A stretch of DNA of 64,000 nucleotides, taken from a virus. The position numbers were made by a program, and so were the translations under genes. Where the stretch lies: positions 1-64,000 of the IMG/VR virus record IMGVR_UViG_3300032294_003343. One strand, 5' to 3'. Of the stretch, positions 26,901-36,120 are shown in pieces (the stretch's first letter is position 1; each line of letters starts with the position of its first letter). Under the pieces are notes generated by a model. It ran no database searches. It was not told where the DNA came from and worked only from the letters and a program-made list of their open reading frames with translations.

Positions 26901-29789
26901 GACAGAGTGTTTTATTACTCTGCTAATGAAGATATTTACAATTCAACTGTCAGAAAATCAACAAGTGGAATTTATCAGATTGTTTATATTGATAGTAATT
27001 TCAATTACTACTTAAGAAAAGTAAAATATAATTCTGTAATTGGACATTTAGATCATGCAAAAAATCTAATCAATCATTCTTCATCATTTGGTAATACAAT
27101 TTATTTAGCAAGACCTGAATCATCAAGTTCTGTGTTTACTTGGTCTACATCAAACTATCCTGACTCAATAATGGATGTATATGTGGTTTCTACTGGTGGA
27201 ACCGTGATCAATAAATCGTACAGCACTGATTACACTGTTGACGCTGCAAATGGAAGACTGAATATATCTGGCTCTGGATGGTCTGGTTCCATTTATGCAT
27301 ATTTGTATAGAGATTCTTCTATTCCAAAGTATTATCAAGAGCCAAAGCAGACTTTAAATAGATATTATTATGTACCTCAAGTGCTGAAAGATAAGGCATT
27401 TTTACAATCCCAAGATGTCAAATTATCTGCGACTTGGACTGTAGATACTGAAAATTTTCAAATTGTAAATGTAATTGGGACAGCTACTAGCACTGAAATT
27501 AAATACAACAGAGATAGAAGTTCATGGTTAGCTAGCTATAACTCAAATAAAAATTACTCCTCAAATGCTAATATTGTTTTAGAAAATGACTCTACAACAG
27601 ACTATTTCTTCACCAGTAGATTATCACAGGACGGATTTTATATACAGACTGGACTTGGAAACAGTTCAACATTTAGTGGTAATTTTAACGATCCTGTAAC
27701 GTTAAATCCGATTGGACTATTTTCAGGTGATGTATATCTAGAAAAGGCCTATCAACCATCTGGATTTGCATTAACATCATGGTATTCTGGACTAGGTTTA
27801 TCAACAGATATTAATGTTTTAGTTCTCAAGAATAAAACTACAGCAGACTACTCTGACGTTACAATAGACTCAACATTCGTTAGTTCTTATTATGACGATA
27901 TAAATAGATTGGTAACTCATAATAAAGCTGGTAAACGTGATCAAAAGTTATTTACATTTAAAAGAGCTGAAATTCAAGAAGTTACCTTAAACTACAGTGC
28001 TGCTTTTGGTTCTTCATTATATCCAACAACAGTAAGACTTTCAAATTCTGCTGGATTTGGAACATTTAGTTTGTATTTCAACCCTGCAAGCACAAATATT
28101 AATACATCTGCTAGATCTTGGATTGATGTTAGTACAAGAACAACTTTTGCATCAGCAGTTGGAAATACAGGAAATATTCCAAACTTCAATGATATTACTT
28201 ACATTCCTGTAATAGGTCCTATGGGAGCTCCTACAGGATCTGGCGCAACAGCTTCTTTAGATGGATACACAATTCAAGTTGGAGATAGAATATTAATAAA
28301 ATCTCAAAATGACGATACATTAAATGGTATATACACAGCCGTTCTTAACAATAAATATGTATTGAATAGAACTTCAGATTTAGATGCTACAAGTGAATTA
28401 TATCAATTAGGAAGAGTTGTATTTAACAATAGAACATATGAACTTAATCTTCCTGAAGATTCGTCAGCATATAACTTAGGTGCTTCAGCTTTGAATACTC
28501 CTTTATTTTGGAAGACAATTGGCGCTGAATACACTATTGATGTTGTTGGTCTTGGGCATACTAACTTCTCTAATTTAGGCGCTATTCCTGATAATATAAA
28601 TGGAATTGCAACAACGCAAGGCGACAAAGTTTTATTTATAGGACAAACAACAAGCTCAGAAAATATTGTCGCCAGAATAAATAAAAAAATTGAACCTAAT
28701 TTAGTAAGAGTTGGAAATGGGACATCTACTACTCAATTTCAAATTGCAAGTTTGTTTGTCAATGATGCAAACAGAAATTTAAATTATGAATTATATTTCA
28801 ATCCATCTAATACAACTGTTGGAAGCGATAGCATTCAATGGTTCCAACAAGGATTGCTCTCAAATTTTGCAAATTGTTTATTTGCAAGTACTACTAACTT
28901 AAACCTAAGTTCAAATCTCAATATTCCGGGTTCTCAAAAAGGCGACAGACTATTAGTCAAAAATCAATCTAATCAAACTCAAAATGGAATATATTCAATA
29001 GACGAACTTGTAACTAATTATTTAAATAGGCATGAAGCATTAGATAGTTCATCTGAAATTTCAATAAATAAAAGAGTTTCTGTTTTAAGTGGTATTGCTT
29101 CTAGTGGTATATATGCATTAGTATATGATGAATCAACTACTCCAGCTCTAGATAGTACAAACTTGAATTGGGTTAAGGTAAATACTAATTCTTACTTGAC
29201 TAATACAAAAGTTGCTACTACTTCAGAAATTTCATTGACAAACCCCCCAAGTAAAATTGACGAAGTAATATTGCAAAAATATGACAGAATTTTAGTAAAG
29301 AATCAATCAGATAAAACTACTAATGGTGTTTATGTAGTTTCCTCTATTGGCTCATCAAATGTATGGACAAGATCGACTGATTTAGATACAAGTAGTGAAT
29401 TACTTCCTCAATTATCAATTCAAGTTGGATATGGAACTACTAATGCTGATAAAAACTTCAGAATTAAATTACCAACACCTCGTACTATAACAAATACTCA
29501 AACAACTGCTTACATTTTGGGCACGGATAACATTGATTGGATAGATACAGCGAATTTTCAATTGTATAATTCTTCACCAGATACTTGGCAATCTTTACTG
29601 GCCGGTTACGATAATTCAGTTTATCTTGGTGGAGCTAAATTAGGTATTGATCAAACTGCTAAAAGTAAGAGTTTTGGTATTGCAGTAAAAACACCAAGTT
29701 CTACTGTGCTTGCAACAAACAATATTACAACAAATGGGCAGGTAAGAAATATAAAATTCAAAGTAGAATACATAATAGCAAAGGATTAG
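23964..29789 (+). CDS. Giant virion protein with ~11 'R(V/I)LVKnQ...NG(I/V)Y' modules, 1941 aa
   Basis: Repeated 'AT..n......iDg..l...dRvLVK.Q....qNGiY.v....w.R..d.D' module as seen in phage tail-fibre proteins. Confidence 0.8.
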   Translation: MSHAFIWSEVNADNSQSEISREISSAGFGTNISGTWNKKLFRLKWINTNVDDIRLWIDNEFADIYTNQHYPIIKNTDNIKLLQDLGFDIRFTLFDSFIINKLNADVATSTNLSAASIGGTSVIFAPTYVDGVKLDSNKIVLVKSQTSAFQNGLYRVSSQVGSGTIGAIVAEDILTAGRVASVGSSSFYLYSPYLNPYETASAGSTEFIWVDRTNRYALVPVQCATSSNLQQSSTGLTSSSVVIDNFILSTNDRVLVKDQTTKSQNGIYYVSSLTRPNSSSLFNPYTSTDPADDYWKTAINYINANVPVNVQYINAGVAKSGGYFRFYSAIGLTGGIASTATMKWSDATYNYGNTNVDYYYEITSGSAIGFSYDFGSNTGTLTSTPRTITNYSGVATTLSNSNRILVKHYNQNFSGIYSVSNVGFGSTGYWVRASDFDTTAEINNTVVYAANSRNSLGGNIWYLGKSTTYNSNFKMNFDGIIIQERFYPYTYEPVTNLIVNNQTDLTNVNEVDFINSGIAISQRVLVAGQTTYPAQNGIYKVSSVCDTVFGLEFSTDYSVLRGSVATIANGNTGAGTTYFLYAPGSSTASGSVGVTWVNITNQNYLFVTASTTKDKFSSTYLSPTDFDVPVAIGTSVLVNTSNELVNGVYSVSAIGNSTKQVFKYDDNLSLWTQNIFSNILSSNGNGTYAISPNLKKQISGIMQVASVASTHYGEIFVPEVLFPSFQNYENYFSSEGKGSSILQELDYDWYEQDYQKYNVKAVLFVNSLSSLPTTSGTAISSLIRSTSGTGRTILQSNDSVLVFVGSGYSSSSVSNGIFRPTFTGIGSVYFTPHEDFYYNTKFTLGLDQKSLASPYERPTLVKIDYGYMGAGTTFSYDKVYMQGEVGIRIGTFASDYASTDLDKYLHTGSEVYYQGSEIRLNANPLDLPKFPRTAPIQHILAADTTLDTVNQDILIVRRNGVELFSLRSGDAVQYPYEINDRVFYYSANEDIYNSTVRKSTSGIYQIVYIDSNFNYYLRKVKYNSVIGHLDHAKNLINHSSSFGNTIYLARPESSSSVFTWSTSNYPDSIMDVYVVSTGGTVINKSYSTDYTVDAANGRLNISGSGWSGSIYAYLYRDSSIPKYYQEPKQTLNRYYYVPQVLKDKAFLQSQDVKLSATWTVDTENFQIVNVIGTATSTEIKYNRDRSSWLASYNSNKNYSSNANIVLENDSTTDYFFTSRLSQDGFYIQTGLGNSSTFSGNFNDPVTLNPIGLFSGDVYLEKAYQPSGFALTSWYSGLGLSTDINVLVLKNKTTADYSDVTIDSTFVSSYYDDINRLVTHNKAGKRDQKLFTFKRAEIQEVTLNYSAAFGSSLYPTTVRLSNSAGFGTFSLYFNPASTNINTSARSWIDVSTRTTFASAVGNTGNIPNFNDITYIPVIGPMGAPTGSGATASLDGYTIQVGDRILIKSQNDDTLNGIYTAVLNNKYVLNRTSDLDATSELYQLGRVVFNNRTYELNLPEDSSAYNLGASALNTPLFWKTIGAEYTIDVVGLGHTNFSNLGAIPDNINGIATTQGDKVLFIGQTTSSENIVARINKKIEPNLVRVGNGTSTTQFQIASLFVNDANRNLNYELYFNPSNTTVGSDSIQWFQQGLLSNFANCLFASTTNLNLSSNLNIPGSQKGDRLLVKNQSNQTQNGIYSIDELVTNYLNRHEALDSSSEISINKRVSVLSGIASSGIYALVYDESTTPALDSTNLNWVKVNTNSYLTNTKVATTSEISLTNPPSKIDEVILQKYDRILVKNQSDKTTNGVYVVSSIGSSNVWTRSTDLDTSSELLPQLSIQVGYGTTNADKNFRIKLPTPRTITNTQTTAYILGTDNIDWIDTANFQLYNSSPDTWQSLLAGYDNSVYLGGAKLGIDQTAKSKSFGIAVKTPSSTVLATNNITTNGQVRNIKFKVEYIIAKD

Positions 29790-29852
29790 TAAAGGTATAA
29801 CCCCAGTCTAATTTAAAATATAGTATTAAGAATTTATCAAGAGAGATAAAAT

Positions 29853-30329
29853 ATGCAAAATTTAGAGTCCCAGCTACATACACTTTTAGAAGACATTGCA
29901 CCAGACGTTCACTCCCATGAAGAGCAAGCAAAAATTATTGCCTTAGCTTCTGCAACTATTTCTAAAAAATTTAATGCAAGACGTTTTGCAAAGGCTGACG
30001 GCAGAGTTGTAGAATCACAAATGACAGATGCAATTTTGGTTGCAATGTCTACTTTGTCTTCATGGGATAAAGAGGATGATGAAATTTTTGATGCTAGGGG
30101 ACTTTCTCACTCTCAATTGATAAGAAGAGTTGCTAATACGACAAAACCTAGCTGGGGACAAATGGATATTTTAAATCCTGATGTTATTGAAGATACATTT
30201 TCATTCGAAGAAGATGACGAACCAGACTCTGAAACTAAATTAGAAAATGCGCAACAAACCACAGAAGCCTTTGACACACCAGGTAGAGGCAGACATCGTT
30301 CAGATTTTATTTCAGCTCCAATAAGATAA
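29853..30329 (+). CDS. Acidic hypothetical protein, possible head/scaffold-associated
   Basis: 158-aa ORF; 'ARRFAK' and 'IRRVAN' resemble the shared K/R-x-A motif. Confidence 0.7.
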   Translation: MQNLESQLHTLLEDIAPDVHSHEEQAKIIALASATISKKFNARRFAKADGRVVESQMTDAILVAMSTLSSWDKEDDEIFDARGLSHSQLIRRVANTTKPSWGQMDILNPDVIEDTFSFEEDDEPDSETKLENAQQTTEAFDTPGRGRHRSDFISAPIR

Positions 30330-30330
30330 T

Positions 30331-30909
30331 ATGAAATACGTGAAATTAGCTCAAATGCCACCAATGGATCCTATGATGGGTATGGGTATGCCAGCTATGC
30401 CAATGGCTATGCCTGCTGCTGGTCCTGCTCCCTCTGGACAAAAGAACATAACAGTTCCATTAGCTAATTTAGGATTAATTTTAGCTGACTCTGAAATTGA
30501 AAAAAGATTATTAGAACAACTTGAAGATAACGAGCAAGGGATAGCTAATGAAGTTTGGATTCAATATGGTGGGACAGAAGATGGCGGAGTTGATGTAGAA
30601 AAACGTGGAAAAAGAAAAGATTCAAAAGAAGCAACTCCAGAAGAGGTAAAAGCTACCGATAAAACAAGATGGGAAAGACTTCCAGAGGGTCAAAACTTAA
30701 ATGATCTTGAAATCTCATTAGATGATATGGCTAATGCTGTAAAATTCTTATCTTTTGGATTTGCTAAAAACAAAGGCAAAGAACAAGGTGGCGGAGCAGC
30801 CGGTGGTGGAATGCCTGGTATGGCATCAAGAAAACTTGATAATATGGTCAAATTAGCCCAAAATTTGGATTTATTAGGTATGTATAGTGTAGCGGATCGT
30901 ATCTTATAG
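30331..30909 (+). CDS. Hypothetical protein with Met/Pro/Gly-rich tracts and shared motif at both ends
   Basis: Starts MKYVKLAQ; ends 'MVKLAQNLDLLGMYSVADRIL'. Confidence 0.75.
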   Translation: MKYVKLAQMPPMDPMMGMGMPAMPMAMPAAGPAPSGQKNITVPLANLGLILADSEIEKRLLEQLEDNEQGIANEVWIQYGGTEDGGVDVEKRGKRKDSKEATPEEVKATDKTRWERLPEGQNLNDLEISLDDMANAVKFLSFGFAKNKGKEQGGGAAGGGMPGMASRKLDNMVKLAQNLDLLGMYSVADRIL

Positions 30910-30913
30910 AAAA

Positions 30914-30942
30914 TAGCCAAATTTGCTTGTTTTAGGTATAAT
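30914..30942 (+). promoter_or_regulatory. Sigma70-type promoter for gyrB-gyrA
   Basis: TAGCCA (30914-30919), 17-nt spacer, TATAAT (30937-30942). Confidence 0.55.
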
Positions 30943-30973
30943 GCTGTGGTAATGTAAATCACAGCATTTTTTT
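30940..30973 (+). terminator. Intrinsic terminator overlapping the gyrB promoter
   Basis: AATGCTGTGGT-loop-ATCACAGCATT followed by a T run. Confidence 0.7.
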
Positions 30974-31006
30974 ATGCCTGTATTCGGAATAAACGAAGGA
31001 AAGCAA

Positions 31007-33133
31007 ATGGCAAATCAATACAACGAAAACTCCATTCAGATTTTGGAGAGCCAGGAAGCAGTACGTACACGTCCTGCTATGTATATTGGTGACACTGGTA
31101 AAAAAGGACTTCACCACCTTGTTTGGGAAATTTTGGACAACTCTGTTGATGAGCACATGGCTGGTCATTGTTCAAAGATTGATGTAATTGTTTCTAAAGA
31201 CAACCGCACTCTTACCGTAATTGATAATGGTCGTGGCATTCCTGTAGCAGTAAAGCAAGAAGATCCTAAAAAACGCTCTACTCTTGAAATCGTACTTACC
31301 GAACTTCACGCTGGTGGAAAGTTTGGTGATGATGGATCTGGATACGAAGCATCTGGTGGACTTCACGGTGTTGGAGCTTCCTGTGTAAACTTCCTTTCAA
31401 TAAATCTTGATGTTGAAGTTTGCCGTGATAAGAAGAAATATCAATTATCTTTTGAGCGAGGTATTCCAGTTTCTTCTGTTAAGGAAGTAGGAACATCTAA
31501 TTCTACTAGTACGAAAATTTCTTTCACTCCTGACTATAATATCTTTGGTCAGTTTGCAGTTGAAGATGCTTTTCGTGAATGCCTTGTTGATGACTTTGAA
31601 ATTGACGAAGTGTTCGCTGAATGTTCTGGCAAGTGGCGTAAAGCTTTAATCAATGGTCCAGTCAACGGCGTCACATTCTATGAAGTATTCAAATCTACAA
31701 ATTTGAGTGAGCAACGCTTAGACATCATTTATAAGATTTGGAACAAGCGCTCTAATGACAATATTCAATTTGATGAAACTGTTCTAGTTCGTCGATTGAA
31801 AGAGACCGCTTATCTTAATGGTGGACTTAAGATTGTTTACAAGAATGAGCACACCGGAACTAAAGAAGAGTTCTACTTTGAAGGTGGAATTGCTGACTAT
31901 GTAAGTTATCTTGCATCTACTCGTTCAAATCCTTATCCATCTAAGCCATTCTATTTTGAGAATAAGTCAGGAAAAGTGAATGTTCAAGTTGCATTCCAAT
32001 ACGCAGAGGATGATGATGAAACAACCTATGCCTATGCAAATAACATTAATACCGCTGATGGTGGCACTCATCTTAGTGGCTTCAAAACATCTATCACAAG
32101 AGTAGTAAATCAATTCTCTCGTTCTTTGGGTGTTATCAAGGAAAAAGAACCTAATTTGACTGGTGAAGATATCCGTGAAGGTATTGTTGCCATCATTTCT
32201 GTTCGTCTTCCACAACCTCAATTTGAAGGACAGACAAAGGGTAAGCTTGGCTCTCCTGAGGTTGAAGGCGTTGTAAATAGACTTTTCTCCGAAGCACTTA
32301 CTGAATATTTTGAGAAGAATCCATCTATCCTCAAGATGATTGCTGAACGTGCTTTACGTGCTGCTCGTGCAAGAGCTGCAGCAAAGAAAGCTTCTGAATC
32401 TATTAAGCGTCAAGGTTTTCTTGGTAAGTCAGGTTCACTCCCAGGTAAATTGTCTGACTGTGATACCGAAGATGTAGCAATTTCAGAATTATTCTTGGTT
32501 GAAGGTGATTCTGCTGCTGGATCTTCAAAGGGTGGGCGCAATCCTATCACTCAAGCAATTCTTCCTATTCGTGGAAAAATCATAAATCCAGAGAAGAATG
32601 AACTTGCTAAACTTCTTGCAAATGAAGAAGTTTCTGCACTTATTTCAGCTATTGGCACTGGAATTCGTGATGATTTCAAGATTGAAGATTTGCGATATGG
32701 CAAGATTATCATTATGACTGACGCAGATGATGATGGCGCTCACATTGCAGCTCTTTTGATGACATTCTTCTATCGTTTCATGCGTCCTCTGGTTTTGAAA
32801 GGTCATTTATATCTTGCAAAACCACCTCTATACCGTGTGACTGTAAAGAATAATCACAATTACATTCATACAGAAGAAGAGCTTAATTCCTATCGTGCTA
32901 AGTATGGTGATAAAATTGATGTAACACGATTCAAGGGATTAGGTGAAATGGATGCTGATGAACTTGGACACACAACTATGGAAATTGGCACACGTCAAAT
33001 AATCAAAATTGGTGTCGAAGATGCAGAAGAAGCTTCAAATATGCTCAGTGTTTTGATGGGCAATGAAGTAGGTCCACGTAAGGCTCATATAATCAAAAAG
33101 TCTTTTGATCGTAGTAAGGAAGTTGAAAACTAA
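31007..33133 (+). CDS. gyrB: DNA gyrase subunit B with ~70-aa insertion in the ATPase domain
   Basis: 'VRTRPAMYIG', 'EILDNSVDE', 'DNGRGIP', 'GGLHGVG', 'EGDSA', 'PIRGK', 'DADDDG', 'RFKGLGEM'. ATG 31007 follows an AAGGA SD. Confidence 0.97.
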   Translation: MANQYNENSIQILESQEAVRTRPAMYIGDTGKKGLHHLVWEILDNSVDEHMAGHCSKIDVIVSKDNRTLTVIDNGRGIPVAVKQEDPKKRSTLEIVLTELHAGGKFGDDGSGYEASGGLHGVGASCVNFLSINLDVEVCRDKKKYQLSFERGIPVSSVKEVGTSNSTSTKISFTPDYNIFGQFAVEDAFRECLVDDFEIDEVFAECSGKWRKALINGPVNGVTFYEVFKSTNLSEQRLDIIYKIWNKRSNDNIQFDETVLVRRLKETAYLNGGLKIVYKNEHTGTKEEFYFEGGIADYVSYLASTRSNPYPSKPFYFENKSGKVNVQVAFQYAEDDDETTYAYANNINTADGGTHLSGFKTSITRVVNQFSRSLGVIKEKEPNLTGEDIREGIVAIISVRLPQPQFEGQTKGKLGSPEVEGVVNRLFSEALTEYFEKNPSILKMIAERALRAARARAAAKKASESIKRQGFLGKSGSLPGKLSDCDTEDVAISELFLVEGDSAAGSSKGGRNPITQAILPIRGKIINPEKNELAKLLANEEVSALISAIGTGIRDDFKIEDLRYGKIIIMTDADDDGAHIAALLMTFFYRFMRPLVLKGHLYLAKPPLYRVTVKNNHNYIHTEEELNSYRAKYGDKIDVTRFKGLGEMDADELGHTTMEIGTRQIIKIGVEDAEEASNMLSVLMGNEVGPRKAHIIKKSFDRSKEVEN

Positions 33134-35652
33134 TGGCAAGGAATCTTAAAGTCAAGAATGTTGTAGAAGCATCAAACTTGACAGATACAATTCTTGAAAA
33201 GAATTTTGTTGATCTTATTGATGAACGATTTACTAACTATGCTTTTGCAGTTATGGAAGATCGTGCATTGCCAGATGCTCGTGATGGCCTAAAGCCATCA
33301 CAGCGTCGCACACTTGTTGCTATGGATGACCTTAAGCTCCGTGCATCAGGTAAAACCAAGAAATGTGCAAAGATTTGTGGTGATGTTTCTGGAAATTATC
33401 ACCCACACGGAGAAGCAGTGGTTTATCCTACTCTTGTTCGTATGGCACAAACTTGGTCATTGCGTTACCCACTTATCACACCTCAGGGAAACTTTGGTTC
33501 TCCTGCTCCTGAAGATAAGCCAGCTGCAATGCGTTATACAGAGGCAAAACTGTCTTCATTTGGTGATTTGATGGTTAATGAATTATCTGACCAGGTAGTT
33601 CGTTATCAATCAAACTATAATGATGAAATGATGGAGCCAACTGTACTTCCATCCTTATTCCCTAACTTGATTGTTAATGGATGTAGTGGTATTGCAGTTG
33701 GATGGGCAACAAATATGGCACCTCACAATCTACGTGAAGTAGCCAAGTTAGTTGATGCTTATATCAAGAACCCAGAAATCACAACTGACGAAGCTCTTCA
33801 GATTGTTCCAGGCCCAGACTTTCCAATCCGTTGTAAGGTTTTAGGTTTGGATGGTATCCGTTCATATTTCACAAATGGGCGTGGAACTGTTCAACTTGAA
33901 GGCTATTACGACATTGTTCAAGAGCGAAATCAAGAAATTATCAAGGTAAGTGAATTGCCTTATGGTAGTAGTGCTGAAAGCTTTTGCCGTGAAATCAAAG
34001 ACCTTGTTGAGAGTAAGAAGATTGAGGGAATTACAGGCCTCAAGAACCTTACTAGCAAGAAGGGTATGGATGTCCGTATCTGGCTTCATAAGAGTGCAAG
34101 TTCTCAAGTTGTTCTAAATCAACTTCTTAAGCGTACATCTCTTCGAACAAGTTTCTCTGTCAATTCCACTGTTCTTATGGATGGCAAGAAGGTTGTTGAG
34201 AATGTATCTATTCTTCAATTGGTAAAGGCATTTGTAGACCATCGTAAAGAAGTTCTAACGAATAAATTTACAGCTGAACACGCAAAGAATAGCTCCCGCA
34301 TTCATATTCTTGAGGGTCTTCTTGGAATTACAGATAAGATTGATGCAGTTATCAAGCTTGTTCGTAATGCTGATAATAAAGAAGAAGCAGCTAGAGAACT
34401 TATTGCTCAAGGGTTTGTTTCATCACAAGAACAAGCTGATGCAGTATTAAGAATTACTCTTGGAAACCTTACTAAACTTGACACTCGTGCATTACAAGAC
34501 GAGTTTGACAAGTTGACCAAGCGTAATGAATGGTTGGCTGCTCAATTAGCTTCAGAAAAGAAAATGCTCAATCTTATTTCAAAAGAACAGCTTGAATTAG
34601 CTGAAAAGTTTGGAGATGATCGACGTTCTGAAATCCTTGCCCTTGAAGATGAAATTTCTTATGAAGATCTAATCAAGGAAGAAGAAATCATCGTTTCATT
34701 GACTAAAGATGGATACATTAAGCGTGTTCCTCTTGATACATTTAGAACCCAAAACCGTGGTGGCAAGGGTGTCATTGGAGTCAAGGGACGTGAAGAAGAT
34801 GAAGCTTCTGATATCTTCAGCGGAACCACTCACGACCTGTTCTTATTCTTTACAAATCAAGGTAATTTGTTGAAGAAGAAGGGTTATGAAATTCCTCTTG
34901 CTTCTCGTACTTCAAAGGGTACACACCTTAATAATCTCTTGAATTTGACTGAAGGTGAAGCTGTTTCTTCAACAATTACACTTAAGTCTCTGGACGTTGA
35001 TGGCTTCTTTATTATGGTAACTAATAAGGGATTGATTAAGCGTTCGGAAATTCGAGAATACAATACCAGTTTGCGTAAACGTGGATTGAAAGCAATTTCC
35101 CTTACTGAAGGTGATAACTTAAACTTTGTTATGACCACTGATGGAAATAAAGACGTTATGCTTGTAACATCTATGGGTATGGCTGTTCGATATAATGAAA
35201 CTTTGGTTCGTTGTATCGGTAAAAATGGTCAAGGTAGCCGTTCAATGCTTCTTTCTCCAGACGACAGTATTGCTGCTATGCTTGCTATAGATGCAGAAGC
35301 TGATCCTTCAATTCTTGTTATTACAGAATCAGGAAAGGGAAAGAAGACTTCAGCGTCAGAGTATCGATCTACTGCTGGACGTTCTGTAAAGGGCCAGAGA
35401 ACCATCAATCATCATAAGCGAGAGATTACAGGCAAAATTGTTTCTGCTCTTGCATTGAATGACAGTGATGATATTTTGGTACTTACAAACAAGGGTAAGA
35501 TGATGCGTTGTAATTTGGATAGTCTTAGAAACAAATCCAAGGCAACACAAGCCACTACTATTGTTGCTTTAGATGATAATGATTCCGTACAAACTGCAGT
35601 GGTTGTCCCATATGTAGGCGAATCAGAGTCAGAAGAAGAATTTACAGAATAA
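33133..35652 (+). CDS. gyrA: DNA gyrase subunit A
   Basis: 'RALPDARDGLKP', 'YHPHGE', 'AAMRYTE' catalytic Tyr, GyrA-box QNRGGKG (34750-34770), pinwheel repeats, acidic tail. Confidence 0.97.
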   Translation: MARNLKVKNVVEASNLTDTILEKNFVDLIDERFTNYAFAVMEDRALPDARDGLKPSQRRTLVAMDDLKLRASGKTKKCAKICGDVSGNYHPHGEAVVYPTLVRMAQTWSLRYPLITPQGNFGSPAPEDKPAAMRYTEAKLSSFGDLMVNELSDQVVRYQSNYNDEMMEPTVLPSLFPNLIVNGCSGIAVGWATNMAPHNLREVAKLVDAYIKNPEITTDEALQIVPGPDFPIRCKVLGLDGIRSYFTNGRGTVQLEGYYDIVQERNQEIIKVSELPYGSSAESFCREIKDLVESKKIEGITGLKNLTSKKGMDVRIWLHKSASSQVVLNQLLKRTSLRTSFSVNSTVLMDGKKVVENVSILQLVKAFVDHRKEVLTNKFTAEHAKNSSRIHILEGLLGITDKIDAVIKLVRNADNKEEAARELIAQGFVSSQEQADAVLRITLGNLTKLDTRALQDEFDKLTKRNEWLAAQLASEKKMLNLISKEQLELAEKFGDDRRSEILALEDEISYEDLIKEEEIIVSLTKDGYIKRVPLDTFRTQNRGGKGVIGVKGREEDEASDIFSGTTHDLFLFFTNQGNLLKKKGYEIPLASRTSKGTHLNNLLNLTEGEAVSSTITLKSLDVDGFFIMVTNKGLIKRSEIREYNTSLRKRGLKAISLTEGDNLNFVMTTDGNKDVMLVTSMGMAVRYNETLVRCIGKNGQGSRSMLLSPDDSIAAMLAIDAEADPSILVITESGKGKKTSASEYRSTAGRSVKGQRTINHHKREITGKIVSALALNDSDDILVLTNKGKMMRCNLDSLRNKSKATQATTIVALDDNDSVQTAVVVPYVGESESEEEFTE

Positions 35653-35664
35653 TAGGTGTAAATT

Positions 35665-36051
35665 ATGGCTAACGCATTGTTTGATAGTGGCAGAGATGGT
35701 TTCTTAAATGGTGAATTTAACTGGTCAGCAGATTCTTTCAAAGTAATTTTGCTTTCAAGTCAATACACCGTAGATCTAATCAATCACGTCACTACAGCAA
35801 GCGTTGGAGGAACAGTAGCTATATCAGGAGTTATGACTACCATAACTCCTGGTAAAGGCGTAGCAGATGCAAACGATTTGACAATAGCTGGTGTCGCAGG
35901 AACTACTGTTACTCAATATGTAATTTTTCATGATACATCTAAAAAACTTATTGCTTATTTTGACACATCATCAAATTTACCAGTGGTTCCAAATGGTGGA
36001 AACATTACTCTGCAATGGAGTAATACCGATAACAGAATCTTCAAGCTCTAG
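35665..36051 (+). CDS. Conserved small phage structural (minor tail-type) protein
   Basis: 'MANALFD.GR..FL.G..NW..D..KV.L...LIAYFD....LPV.PNGGNITLQW...NRIFKL' pattern widespread in tailed phages. Confidence 0.75.
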   Translation: MANALFDSGRDGFLNGEFNWSADSFKVILLSSQYTVDLINHVTTASVGGTVAISGVMTTITPGKGVADANDLTIAGVAGTTVTQYVIFHDTSKKLIAYFDTSSNLPVVPNGGNITLQWSNTDNRIFKL

Positions 36052-36070
36052 ATTTTCTAGAGCTTTTTTT
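36043..36070 (+). terminator. Intrinsic terminator
   Basis: AAGCTCTAGA-TTT-TCTAGAGCTT followed by a T run. Confidence 0.8.
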
Positions 36071-36120
36071 ATAGGTAAAAGTGGTCTAAAAATGGGAATT
36101 TTAACAATTGAGACCACAAT

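Noticed and set aside
31547-31768. Intein or intron in gyrB
   Set aside because: Insert is short, in frame, and lacks intein termini (C/S start, HN end) and endonuclease motifs.
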